DNA from: the human T2T-CHM13v2.0 reference genome, Homo sapiens
Strand: one strand, 5' to 3'
Length of the DNA stretch: 64,000 nt
Assembly: GCF_009914755.1 (NCBI RefSeq)
Contig: NC_060944.1
Shown: in pieces, positions 1-15,006 of the stretch
Position numbering within the stretch: the stretch's first letter is position 1
Layout: each line of letters begins with the position of its first letter
Program-made: the position numbers and the translations under genes
Notes under the pieces: generated by a model
Database searches by the model: none
What the model was told of the DNA's origin: nothing
What the model saw: only the letters and a program-made list of their open reading frames with translations

Positions 1-279
1 GGACAGAGAGCACAAGGTGGACAGTCCAAAAAGAGAAAGTGGCAAATATCTTGTTTAGCCAAATCCATTCTTCTCAATATTCCCAGGGCCTCTAACCCTG
101 TGGGCTTGGCCTCTAATTTGAGTATGATAATAGTGGATAATCATTCTTGCTCACCAGAATGGCTTCACGACTCTAAAAGACAGCCCACTTGCCAGGTGTC
201 AGCTGATTGATTCTGTGTGGATTGTTTTCCTTGGAGTGAGGGTCTTGTCTTGGTGTCCGTTCATGGTGTTGCTGAAAGA
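1..279 (-). mobile_element. Probable ERV1 (MER41/MER4-group) internal 5' leader, continuing off the left edge
   Basis: Directly follows the LTR 3' end on the minus strand. It reads TCTTTCAGCAACACCATGAACGGAC, which resembles the PBS-region start of MER41/MER4 internal sequences. The LTR has no matching TSD, as expected for a 5' LTR rather than a solo LTR. Confidence 0.45.
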
Positions 280-842
280 TGTTGCTGGAAAAGAGGGTCC
301 TGATACAGACCACAAAGTAGGATTCTTAGATCTTGTGCAGTAAAAAATTTGAGGTGAGTCAGAGAGCACAGTGAAAGAAGCAAGTTTATTAGAAATTACT
401 CCATTACAGAGTTGGACATCCTCAGAAAACAAGAGGAGGAATGCATTGTCTTTTGTTAGTGTCTCTACTTATAAATAACTATAAAGAGAAAGAGTTATAA
501 TTAAATTTGGAAGGTGCAGATGTAGTCACTAAAGTCGGGGCTATTGTTTTTAACAATAACCATTAACCTATTGACCTAAGCTACTTCATTAATAATATCC
601 TTACAAAAAATGCTGCACTCCTAGGACATTTATACATTTTTCAGGCTTGGTGGAAGATGTCTTGTATGACCACAAATATTCTGCAATTGTAATTGGTGAC
701 CAGGTAAAAAATGTGACTATTTTCAGACCATGAACATTAACCTTCTAGATGCCTTGTGAATACCTAGCTACTCATATTAAGATAGAATATTCTAGTCAAG
801 TTTATTAAACTAGAAACTAGGTAACCTTGAGTTCCTCTAACA
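280..842 (-). mobile_element. MER41-family LTR (ERV1)
   Basis: tgttgctggaaaagagggtcctgatacagacc...gcaagtttatt matches the reverse complement of the MER41 3' end, including the AATAAA signal. TG...CA termini. Subfamily not resolved. Confidence 0.7.
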
Positions 843-1060
843 GAGCAAGTCTACTCCTCAAGGAGAAAATGTATTTCTCAGGAATTTTGTGCATTTTGTT
901 TGATGGCATTTGGTATGTTTTCCAAAATGGCAGAAAAGAGTGAAATTAGTCCTCAAAGATTTCTCAAGATTAGATATAAAATAAACAAAATGATTATAGT
1001 TAATATGCAGGTTGGTACAGTTGATATTCAAAAGAAATTTTGTTTGAAACAAAATGAGAT

Positions 1061-1392
1061 TTTTATTTTTACTTATTTTTTGTTATTATTATTATTATTA
1101 TTAATCATTTTGAGGCAGACTCTTGCTCTGTTGCCCAGGCTGGAGTGCAGTGCACCAACTTGGCTCACTGAAACTTGCGCCTCCCGGGTTCAAGCAATTC
1201 TCCTGCCTCAGCCTCCCAAGTAGCTGGGATTACAGGCATGAATCACCACACCCAGCTAATATTTGTATCTTTAGTAGAGATGGGGTTTCACTCTGTTGGC
1301 CAGGCTGGTCTCAAACCCCTGACAACAAGCGATCTGCCCACCTTGGCCTCCCAAATTGCTAGGATTACAGGCATGAGCCACCACTCCCAGCC
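1061..1392 (-). mobile_element. Alu (AluS-type) with (TTA)n-degenerate tail
   Basis: Complete dimeric Alu in reverse orientation. Degenerate TSD aaaatgagattttt (1051) / acaatgaggttttt (1393). Confidence 0.95.
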
Positions 1393-1719
1393 ACAATGAG
1401 GTTTTTCAATAATTCTGATTTCCTGCTGTTGAGCAGGGAGCTGAGCAAATTCAACAGATCATGGGCCTGAACTAGGGGAAGACTGAGGACAAAGTCTAGA
1501 ACACATGTGATTAAATTAATTACAATGGAAACCAAATCAAATTGAATAATGCTCTACCTCTTAGTTTCAAGATGTTTCCCCTCATTTTGAAATGTGGTGT
1601 TATTCCATGGAAAAGAAAACTAATGTTCATCTCCAGAGTAAAGAATAGGGTTCTTTGCAGGGATTGATTGACTGAGAACTATGGCTCAGGATTAAAAATC
1701 CTTCTTTTTTCCATTTATA

Positions 1720-1854
1720 GAATAAAAAAAAAATTTCTAAACCCCTGTTGACTAAATGGACCTCTCTTCTTGGATAAGCAAATTCCAAAGTTAACCTGAA
1801 AAGCTAGTTCAAGCCATGGTTCACACATGCCTCATTATACTCTCCTCCCTTTGG
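1720..1854 (+). mobile_element. MER4D/E-like LTR 5' fragment
   Basis: attccaaagttaacctgaaaagctagttcaagccatg...catgcctcattatactctcctccctttgg matches the recalled MER4D/E LTR start. Cut off at the L1 poly-T tail. Confidence 0.55.
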
Positions 1855-2304
1855 TTTTAATTTTAATTTAAATTTCAATTTTTAATTTATTTTTGTGGGT
1901 ACATAGTTGTTGTATATATTTATGGGGGTACATAACATACTTTGATGCAGTCATGCAATGAGTAATACATAATAAAAAACGGGGTATCTGTCCCCTCAAG
2001 CATTTATAGCTTGTGTTATAAACAATCCAATTATACTCTTTTAGTTTTTTTACATGTGGAATTAAATTATTTTTGACTATAATCACCCTGTTATGCTTTC
2101 AAATGCTGTCTTATTCATTCTTTCTAACAATTGTTTTTTTTTACCCATTTAGCATCCCACTATCCCCTTGTTTCCTCCCTGCCCTTCCCAGCCTCTGGTA
2201 ACCATCCTTATACTCTCTATCTCTATGACACCAATTGTTTTGAATTTTAGCACCCACAAATAAGTGAGAACATGGGACATTTGTCTTTCTGTGCCTGACA
2301 TTTC

Positions 2305-2347
2305 ACTTTCATAAACATAAAGACTTTCACAAACATAAAGACTTTCA
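2305..2347. repeat. 18-bp tandem duplication (actttcayaaacataaag x2.4)
   Basis: Units 2305-2322 and 2323-2340 differ at one base, followed by a partial third unit. Confidence 0.85.
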
Positions 2348-2919
2348 GTTCCATTTATGTTATTGCAAATGGCAGGCTCTCATTCTTTCTTACAGCTGAA
2401 TAGTACTCCATTGTGTATATGTACCACATTTTCTCTATCCAGTCATCTGTTGATGGACATTTAGGTTCCTCCCAAATCTTGGCTATTATAAACCCTGCTG
2501 TGGCAAACATGAGAGTGCCAATAGGTCTTTGATTTACCAATTTTATTTCTTGTAGGCATATACTGTGCAGTGGGATTGCTGGACCACATAGTAGCTCTAT
2601 TTTTAGTTATATCAGGAACATCCAAACTGTCCTTAAATGTGCTCCCAACAGCAGTGTACGAGGGTTCCCTTCACTCCACATACTCACCAGCATTTGTTTT
2701 TCACTGACTTCTGGATAAAAGCCACCTTAACTGGGGTGAAATGATATCTCATTTTGGGTTTGATTTTCATTTCTATGATGATCAGTAATGTGGAGCACCT
2801 ATTCATTTGCCTGTTTCACATTTGTATGTCTTCTCTTCATAAATGTCTATTTAAATTTTTTGTCCACTCTGTATTTATTACTTTTTTGTATAGAATTTCT
2901 TGAACTCAATATATTGTAG

Positions 2920-3588
2920 TGTATTAGTCTGTTTCTGCACTGCTATAAAAAAAACCTGAGACTGTGTTATCCATTTATTTACTGAGATGAAGTCTTGGTC
3001 TCTTGCCCAGGCTGAAGAGCAGTGGTGTAATCTCGGCTCACTGCAACCTCCACCTCCTGATTCAAGCAATTCTCTGCCTCAGCCTCCTGAGTAGCTGAGA
3101 TTACAGGCACCTGCCACCATGCCTGGCTAATTTTTGTATTTTTAGTAGAGACGGGGTTTCACCATCTTGACCAGGCTGGTCTTGAACTCCTGACCTCGTG
3201 ATCCACCCAACTCAACCTCCCAAAGTGGGGAGATTACAGGCATGAGCCACCGTACCTGGCAAGACTGGGTAATTTATAAAGGAAATGGGTTTAATTGACT
3301 CACAGTTCCACATGGCCGGGGAGGCTTCAGGAAACTTACAATAATGGCAGACGGGGAAACAGGCACCTCTTACATGACAGCAGGCGAGAGAGCATGTATG
3401 TGAAGCAAAGGGGGAAGAGTCCCTTATAAAACCATCAGATCTCATGAGAAATCCCTCATTATCAGAAGAACAGCATGGGGGAAACCACCCCCATGATCCA
3501 ATCACCTTCTAACAAGTCTCTCCCTCAACATCTGGGGATTACAATTCAATATGAGATTTGGGTGGGGACACAAATCCTAACCATATCA
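2920..3588 (-). mobile_element. THE1 (THE1D-like) MaLR solo LTR, interrupted by an Alu
   Basis: Termini tgtattagtc...ccatatca; 5-bp TSD tgtag/tgtaa; typical body ggtttaattgactcacagttccacatgg. Confidence 0.88.
2972..3260 (-). mobile_element. Alu (AluS-type) nested in the THE1 LTR
   Basis: Full Alu body in reverse orientation. The LTR resumes at 3261 (aagactgggtaattt), repeating gagactg from before the insert. Confidence 0.93.
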
Positions 3589-3922
3589 TGTAACTATTAA
3601 CTGCTTTTCAGATGGATAATTTACAAATATTTTCTCTCATTCTGTGGATTTTCTCTTCACTTTGTTTCTTGTTTCCTTCACTTTAAAAAGGCTTTCTGAC
3701 TTTCTGTAATCCCATTTGTCCATGTTTGTTTTGGTTGTCTGTGCTTCTAGGGCATTATTTGAGGAATTTTTGCCCAAACCAATGCCCTAAAGAGTTTCCC
3801 CAATGTTTTCTTGTAAAAGTTTGATGGTTTGAGGCGTTAGGTTTAAGTCTTTAATTCATTTTAATTTGATTTTTGTAAGTGGCAAGAAATAGGGTTCTAG
3901 TTGTATTCTTCTGCCTATGGCT

Positions 3923-4351
3923 TGCCAGTTTTCCCAGCCCTATTCATTACAAAAACTGTCTCATTTTTTATTGTGTGTTCTTGATACTTCTGTTGAAAAT
4001 TAATTTAGCTGTTCCTCCCATAGGATTCCAGAACACTGCTAAGAGGGTCTGAATGTTTGTCCCTCACATAGGATTCCAGAACACTGCTGCTGGGTTCTAA
4101 ATGTTTGTCACATAGGATTCCAGAACACTGCTACAAGGGTCTGAATGTTTGTTCCTCACAGGGGATTCCAGAACACTCCTGCTGTTGTCTGAATGTTTGT
4201 CCCTCACATAGGATTCCTGAACACTGTTATGAGGGTCTGAATGTTTGTCCCTCACACAGAATGCCAGTTTTCCCAGCCCTATTTATTATAAAAACTGTCT
4301 TATTTTTTATTGTATATTCTTGGCACTTTTGTTGAAAATTAATTCAGCTGT
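3923..4351 (+). repeat. 90-bp direct duplication of host L1 sequence (3923-4012 and 4262-4351) flanking the CER island
   Basis: Ungapped alignment by eye gives 9 mismatches in 90 bp, all transitions. Confidence 0.92.
4013..4261. repeat. CER (D22Z3-type) 48-bp satellite island, ~5 units
   Basis: Units taggattccagaacactgct...gtctgaatgtttgtccctcaca start at 4021, 4069 (44 bp), 4113, 4161 and 4209. Alternating variants give the 96-bp dimer typical of CER. Confidence 0.9.
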
Positions 4352-4577
4352 ATGAGTTTGTTTCTAAAGTCTCTATTTCGTTCCATCTGTCTTTATGTCT
4401 GTTTTTATGCTAGTGTCATGCTGTTTTAATTATTATAACTTAGTAGTATAATTTAAAAACAGGTAATGGAATTCCTCCAGTTTTGTTTTATATACTCAGC
4501 ATAGCTTTGACTATTATGCTGTTTTGTGATGTTTCCATATAAATTTCAGAATTTTTTTTCTATATCTGTGAGGAATG

Positions 4578-4884
4578 TCTTCTTCTTCTTCTTCTTTTTT
4601 TTTTAGATTGCATCTTGCTCTATCACCTAGACTGGAGTGCAGTGATGTTACACCTGCACACCACAACCTCCACCTCCTGGGTTCAAGCAATTCTTTGCCT
4701 CAGCCTCCTGAGTAGCTGGGATTACAGGCACCCGCCACCATGCCTGGCTAATTTTTTTGTATTTTTAGTAGAGGTGGGGTTTCACCAAGTTGGCCAAGCT
4801 GGTCTTGAACTCCTGACCTCGTGATCCACCAACTTCAGCCTCCCAAAGTGCTGGGATTACAGACGTGAGCCACTGCCCCTAGCC
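4578..4884 (-). mobile_element. Alu (AluS-type) with (CTT)n/T tail
   Basis: Alu body in reverse orientation, ending gagccactgcccctagcc. Confidence 0.93.
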
Positions 4885-5236
4885 TGTTATTTTGATAGAG
4901 ATGGCATGAAATGTATAGATTGTTATGGATTGTATGGACATTTTTTAAAAATACAGATTCTTCCAATCTGTGAACATAAAAATATCTTTCCAATTTTTGG
5001 GTCCTTTTTCATTTCTTTTATCAGTGTTTTACAGTTTTAACTGTTGAGAACTTTTATTTCTTTGGTAAATTCCCACACATTTTGTTTTATTTGTGGCTAC
5101 TGCAAATAGTATTACATTTTTGAATTCTTTTTCAGTTTGTTGACTGTTGGCATATAGAAATCCTACTGATTTGTATATGTTGATTTTGAATTCTGCAAAT
5201 TTACTCAAGTTATTACTTCTAATAGTTTTTGGTGGA

Positions 5237-7691
5237 TGTATTAGGCCATTGTCATATTGCTATAAAAAGTAATCAGTGACTGGTTAATTTATAAAGAAAA
5301 TAGGTTTAATTGGTTCATGGTTCTTCAGGCTGTACAGAAAGCATAGCACTGGCTTCTGCTTCTGGGGAAGCCTCTGAAAACTGACAAGGTGAAAAATAAA
5401 TCCGGTGCTTGCACATCACATGGTAAGTGCGAGGGCAAGGGGAAAGTGCTACACACACTTATAGATAACCAGCTCTGATAAAAACTTACTATTGTGGGAA
5501 TGGCACCGAAGTAAATGATGCCAAACTGTTCATGGAAATCTTGCCCTCATGATTCAATCACCTCCCCTATAGGCCCACATCCAACATTGAGGATTATATT
5601 TCAATATAAGATTTTGGTGGGAATACACATCCAAACTGTATCATTTTGCCCCTGGCCATTCCAAATCTCATATCCTTCTCATATTTCAAAATACAATCAT
5701 GACTTCCCAATAATCCCCAAAGTCTTAACTAATTTCAGCCTTAACTCAAAAGTCAAAAGTCTCATCTAAGACAAAGCTAATTTCTTCCTTCTATAAGCCT
5801 GTAAAATAAAAAAAAAACAAAAAACAAGTTAGGTTCTTCCAAGACATAAATGAGGCAGAGGCATTGGGTAAATATTCCTATTCTAAAAGGAAGAAATCAG
5901 CCAAAAGAAAGGGGCCACAGGACCCATGAAAGTCTGAAACCCAGAAGGGCAGTTATTCAATTGTAAGGCTCCAAAATAATTATTTTTGACTCTGTGTCCC
6001 ATTTCCAGGGCACACTAATGCCTTGGGAAGGTTCTACCTTGTGACTTTGCATGGTTCAGCCCCCACAGCTGCTCTCATGGGCTGGCATTCTGTGCCTCTG
6101 GCTTTTCAAGGTGCAAGGTGCAGGCTGTAGCTAGATCTACCATTCTGGGGTCTGGAGGACAGTGATCCCCTCCTCATAGATATACTAGGCCATGACCCAG
6201 TGGGGATCCTGCCTGGGGACTGTCACCCCACATTTCTTTTCTCCATTGTTTTAGTACAGGATCTCCATGAGGGCTCCACCCCTGCAGCATGCTTCTGCCT
6301 GCACACCCTGGCTTTTTCATACATCCTTTGAAATAAAGGTGGAGGCTCCCAAGTCTCAACTACTTGCATTTGGTAAACCCACAGGCCTAACACCACATGA
6401 AAGCTACCAAGATTATGGCTTGCACACTCTGAAGCAGTGACTGGAGTTGTAACTGGATCAATTTGAGCTACACCTAGAGCTGAAGCAGTGGCCAGGATGC
6501 AGGGAGCCTTGTTCCAAAGCTACCCAAGGCAGCAGGTCCTAGTCTGATCCCAGAAACTATTCTCTTCTTTTAGGCCTCAGGGCCTGTGATGGGGGGCTGC
6601 CTTTTAGATTTTTAAAATGCCTTCAATTCCTCTTTCCCATTGCCTTGGCTATCAACACTTGCTTTTTTTTAGGTTATACAAATATCTCTAACAAGTAGTT
6701 GACCCATATCCTGCTTGAGTTCCTCTCTTATAAAAGCTTTTTATATTTCAGCCACCTGACTAGGCTGCAAAGTTTTCAAGCTTTTACACTATGCTTCTTT
6801 TGTAAGTATAAGTTACTACTTATTTTATTTTTATTCTTTTGCTAGAATATGTGAGCATAGGTTGTTAGAAGCAGCCAGGCCACATCACAACTGCTTTGCT
6901 GTTTAGACATTTTTCCAACAGAAACCCTAAATCATCAATTTCGAATTCAAACTTTTATATATCCCTAGGGCATGACAGAAATTCAGCCAACCACTTTGCT
7001 AAGACAACATGCATGACCTTTGTTTCAGTCCCAATAAGTTTCTAGTTTTCATCTGAGACCTCCTCAGCCCGGGCTTCACTGTCCAGATCACTATCAGCAT
7101 TTTGGTCACAGACATTCAACCAGTCTCTAAGAAAATCTCAACTTTCCCTCATTTTTCTGTCTTCTGAATCCTACAAACTCTTCCAACTTCTGCCTGTTTA
7201 TCCAATTACAAAGCTGATTCCACATTTTGGGGTATTCTTATAACCATTTTCCATTCCTTGGTGCCAATTTTCTGTATTAAGCTATTTTTGCATCACTATG
7301 AGAGTGGGACTGGATAATTTATTTTTTACAAAGTAGGTTTAAGAGGCTTATGATTCTACAGGCTGTAGAGAAGACATACCACTGGAATATGCTTCTGGAG
7401 AGGTCTCTGGAAGTTTACAGTCATGGCAGAAGTTGAAGCAGAATCTTGCACATCACAGGGCAAAAAGCAGGAGCAAAGAACAGAGCGGCGAGTTGTTACA
7501 CAGTTTTAAATAACCAGATCTTATGGGAACTCACTCACTATCATGAGGATAACAACAAATGGGATGGTGCTAAGCCATTTATGAGTAATCCACCCCAATG
7601 GTTAAATCACCTTTCACCAGGCCCATATTCAACATTGAGAATTACATTTAAATATGAAATTTGTTAGGGGACACACATTCAAACCCTATCA
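5237..7691 (-). mobile_element. Complete MST (MSTA-like) MaLR element: LTR 5237-5643, internal 5644-7272, LTR 7273-7691
   Basis: Two related LTRs (tgtatta...tatca) around a ~1.63-kb internal region; TSD gtgga/gagga; the host L1 resumes afterwards. Confidence 0.88.
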
Positions 7692-8067
7692 GAGGAGTCT
7701 TTATGCTTTTTCTAATATAAGATTATATAACTGGCAAAAAAAAAAAGGTAATTTGACTTCTTTTCCAATTGGGATGCGTTTTATTGCTTTCTCCTGTCTG
7801 ATTGCTCCAGATAGGACTTTCAGCATTATGTTGAATAACAGTGGTAAAAGTGGACATTCTTGTCATCTTCCAGATTTTAGAGGAAAGACTTTTAGATTTT
7901 CCCCACTTAGTGTGATACTAGCTGTGGGTCTGTCATATATGACTTTTATTATGTTGAGGTATATTCATTCCATACCCAGTTTTCAAAGGGTTTTTTATTA
8001 TTAAAGAATATTAAATTTTATCAAAACTTTTTTAGCATAATTGAAATGATTATCTGGATTTTGTCCT

Positions 8068-8371
8068 TGTTTTGTTTTGTTTTGTTTTTTGAGATGAAGT
8101 CTCCCTCTGTCACCCAGGCTGGAGGGCAATGGCATGATCTCAGCTCAATGCAAACTCTGCCTCCCAGGTTCAAGTGATTCTCCTTCTTCAGCCTCCTGAG
8201 TAGCTGGTATCGCAGGTGCCCACACCACGCCTGGCTAATTTTTGTAATTTTAGTAGAGACGGGGCTTCGCCCTGTTGGCCAGACTGGTTTTAAACTCCTA
8301 ACCTCAGGTGATCTGCCCACCTCGGCTTACCAAATTGCTGGGATTACAGGTGTGAGCCACTGTGCCTGGCC
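8068..8371 (-). mobile_element. Alu (AluSx-like) with (GTTTT)n tail
   Basis: Full Alu body containing acctcaggtgatctgccc. Confidence 0.94.
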
Positions 8372-11290
8372 CCTTCATTCTCTTTATGTGATCTATCACA
8401 TCGATTGATTTGCATGTTGAACCATCCTTGCATCCCTGGGATAAATCCCACTTGGTAATTATGAATTACCTACTCATGTATTGCTTAATTCAGTTTGTTA
8501 GGTGTTTTGCAAATTTTTCCACCAATATTCTCAGATATGGGCCTGTAGTTCCCTTTTTTTAATGTGTCTTTGTCTGGTTTTGATATCAGGGTAATACTAG
8601 CCTTAAAGAATGAGTTTGGAAATGTTCTTTCCTTCTCTAGTTTTCAGTCTGGTCCTACAGACTTTTTTATTAAGGCTTTAATTTTGTTAATTGTTATTGA
8701 TCTGTTCAGGTTTTAGGTTTTTTTCCTAGTTAAATCTTGGTAAGTTGTGTGTGTCTAAGAATTAATTTCCTCTAGGTTTTCTAATTTGTTGGCATACAAT
8801 TGCTGATATTATTTACCAATGATCCTTTGCTTTTCTGAAGCATTATTTGTAATGTCTCCTTTTTACCTCTGATTTTACTAATTTGCATCTTTTCTGTTTT
8901 TTAGTTAGCCTGTTTAAATATTTGTCAATTGTTTTACTTTTGAAAAAATCAACATTTTCTTTCATTAATTCTTTACATTATTTTCGTCATTTTAACTTTA
9001 TCTACTTCTGCTCTAATCTTTATTATTTCTTTTCTTCTAATTTTGGGTTAGGTTTGGTCTTTTATTCTAGTTAATTAAGATGTATTGTTAGGTTATTTAT
9101 TTGAAGCTTTTCTGTTTTTTATGTAGGCACTTACAGTTATAAATTTTCCTTTTATAATAGTATATATTTACTATATTCCATAAGTTTTTCTATGCTATGT
9201 TTCCATTATCATTTGTTTCAAGAAATTTTTCTATTTTCTTCTTAACATTTTTATCAACCTACTAATCATTCAGGAGCATGTTGCTTAATGTCCATGTGTT
9301 TGCATAGTTTCTTAAATTCCTTTTTTAATTGATTTCTAGTTTTATCCCCTGTAGTCAGAGAAAATGCTTGATATTACTTCAATTTTTTGGAATGTTTTTA
9401 GACTTGTTCCTTAACATATGGTCAATCCTTGAAAATAATGCATGTGCTGAGGAGAAGAATGTGTATTCTGCAGCTGTTGGATGAAATTTTCTGTAAATAT
9501 CTATTAGGTTCATTTGTTCTATAGTACAGATTGAGTCTGATGTTTATTTGTTTGTTTTCTGTCTGGAAGGTCTACCCAATGACTAAACTGGGGTGTTGAT
9601 GCGTCCAGCCATTATTGTATTGAGGTCTCTTTCTTTAGCTCATAATATTTGCTTCATTTATCTAGGTGCTTTAGTGTTGGGTGCATATATATTTTCAATT
9701 ATTATATCCTCTTGATGAATTGATCTCTTTATTATTATATAATGACCTTTTAATTTCTTCCTACAGTCTTTTGTGGAAATCTATTTTTGTCTGGTATAAG
9801 TATGGCTATTTCTGCTTTTTTTGGTCTCTATTGGCATGGGATAACTTTTTCCATCCTTTTATTTTCAGTCTAAATGTATCTTTGTAGGTAAAGTATGTTT
9901 TTTTTTGTGGGTCACAGATTATTGTCCTGCTTCTCTATCCATTCATCCACTATTTTTCTTTTGACTGGAGTATTTAGTTCATTTAAATTCAATGTTATCA
10001 GTGATAAGCACTTACTCCTGCCATTTTTTAATTTGTTTTCTGATTGATTTTTGTCCTCTCTTCCTTTTTTCCTTTCTTCCTGTCTTCCTTTTAGTGAAGG
10101 TGATTTCTCTTGAATTATAATCTAATTTCTTGCTTTTTACTTTTTGTACATCTTTGGTACACCTTTTGATTTGAAATTCCCATGAGGTTTGAAAATAATA
10201 TAATACATGATTTTAGACTGTGGACAATTTAACACTGGTTGCATAAACAAAGAAACAAGCAAAACAGAGGTTGGAGCCAAGATGGCCAAATAGCAACAGC
10301 TCCAGTCTACAGCTCCCAGAATGAGCGACACAGAAGATGGGTGATTTCTGCATTTCCAAATGAGGTACCGGGTTCATCTCACTGGGAAGTGTCAGACAGA
10401 GTGTGCAGCACAGTGGGTGCAGTGCACTGAGCATGAGCAGAAGCAGGGTAAGACATCACCTCACCCAGGAAGCACAAGGGGTCAGGGAATTCCCTTTGCT
10501 AGTCAAAGAAAGGCGTGACAGACGGCACCTGGAAAATTGGGTCACTCCCACCCCAATACTGCACTTTTCCAATGGTCTTAGGAAACGGCACACCAGGAGA
10601 TTATATCTCACGCCTGGCTTGGAGGTTCCTATGCCCACAGAGCCTCACTCATTGCTAGCACAGCAGTATGAGATCAAACTGCAAGGTGGCAGTGAGGCTT
10701 GGAGAGGGTCCCCTGCCATTGCTGAGGCTTGAGTAGGTAAAGCAGCTGGGAAGCTTGAACTGGGTGGAGCCCACTTCAGCTCAAGGAGGCCTGTCTGCCT
10801 CTGTAGACTCCACCTCTGGGGCTAGGGCATAGCCAAATAAAAGGCAGCAGAAACCTCTGCAGACTTAAATGTCCCTGTCTGACAGCTTTGAAGAGAGTAG
10901 TGATTCTTCCAGCATGCAACTGGAGATCTGAGAATGGGCAGACTGCCTCCTCAACTGGGTCCCTGAACCCCTAGTAGCCTAACTGGGAGGCACCCCACAG
11001 TAGAGGTGGACTGACACGTAACATGGCCGGGTAATCCTTTGAGACAAAACTTCCAGAGGAACGATCAAGCAGCAGCATTTGCAGTTCACCAATATCCATT
11101 GTTCTGCAGCCACTGCTGCTGATACCCAGGTAAACAGGGTCAGGAGTGGACCTCCAGCAAACTCCAACAGACCTGCAGCTGAGGGTTCTGACTGTTAGAA
11201 GGAAAACTAACAAACAGAAAGGACATCCACTCCAAAAACCCATCTGTACGTCACCATCATAAAAGACCAAAGGTAGATAAAACCACAAAT

Positions 11291-12303
11291 ATGGGGAAAA
11301 AACAGAGCAGAAAAACTGGAAACTCTAAAAATCAGAGCTCCTCTCCTCCTCCAAAGGAACGCAGCTCCTCACCAGCAACGGAACAAAGCTAGAAGGAGAA
11401 TGACTTTGAGGAGTTGAGAGAAGAAGCCTTCAGATGATTAAACTATGCTAAGCTAAAGGAGAAATTTTGAACCCATGGCAAAGAAGTTAAAAACCTTGAA
11501 AAAAAGTTAGATGAATGGCTAAGTAGAATAACCAATGGAGAGAAATCCTTAAAGGGCCTGATGGAGCTGAAAACCATGGCACAAAAACTAAGTGATGAAT
11601 GCCAAAGCCTCAGTAGCCGATTGGATCAACTGGAAGAAAGGGTATCAGTGATGGAAGATGAAATGAATGAAATGAAGCGAGAAGAGAAGTTAAGAGAAAA
11701 AGAAATAAAAACAAATGAACAAAGCCTCCAATAAATATGGGACTATGTGAAAAGACCAAATCTAGGTCTGATTGGTGTACCTGAAAGTGACGGGGAGAAT
11801 GGAACCAAGTTGGAAAGCACTCTGCAAGACAATATCCAGGAGAACTTCCCCAATCTAGGAAGGCAGGCCAACATTCACATTCAGGAGATACAGAGAATGC
11901 CACAAAGATACTCCTTGAGAAGAGCAACACCAGGACACATAATTGTCAGTTTCACCAAAGTTGAAATGAGGAAAAAATGTTAATGGCAGCCAGAGACAAA
12001 GGTCAGGTTACCCACAAAGAGAAGCCCATCAGACTAACAGCTGATCTCTCGGCAGAAACTCTACAAGCCAGAAGAGAGTGGGGGCCAATATTCATTATTC
12101 TTAAAGAAAAGAATTTTCAAACCAAAATTTCATATCCAGCCAAACTAAACTTCATAAGTGAAGGAGAAATAAAATCCTTTACAGACAAACAAATGCTGAG
12201 AGATTTTGTCACCACCAGACCTGCCCTAAAAGAGCTTCTGAAGGAAACACTAAATGTGGAAAGGAAAAACTGGTACCAGACACTGAAAAACGCCAAATTG
12301 TAA
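11291..12303 (+). pseudogene. L1 ORF1p remnant (disrupted)
   Basis: ATGGGGAAAAAACAGAGC start; premature TAG at 11390-11392; later stops and frameshifts. Fragments 11747-11983 and 11977-12303 translate to ORF1p RRM/CTD sequence. Confidence 0.93.
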
Positions 12304-12366
12304 AGACCATCAATGCTAGGAAGAAACTGCATCAACTAATGAGCAAAATAACCAGCTAACATCATA

Positions 12367-15006
<2,640 letters not shown>

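Noticed and set aside
280-842. Interferon-inducible MER41B-type STAT1 enhancer
   Set aside because: The LTR is diverged, its subfamily is unresolved, and I could not identify the tandem GAS motifs within it.
900-1399. Short ORFs of 74-107 aa (also those near 4615, 8021 and 18767)
   Set aside because: Alu-derived translations.
4013-4261. CRISPR-like regular repeat
   Set aside because: Units are contiguous with no unique spacers, they match the CER satellite, the context is eukaryotic and no cas genes are present.
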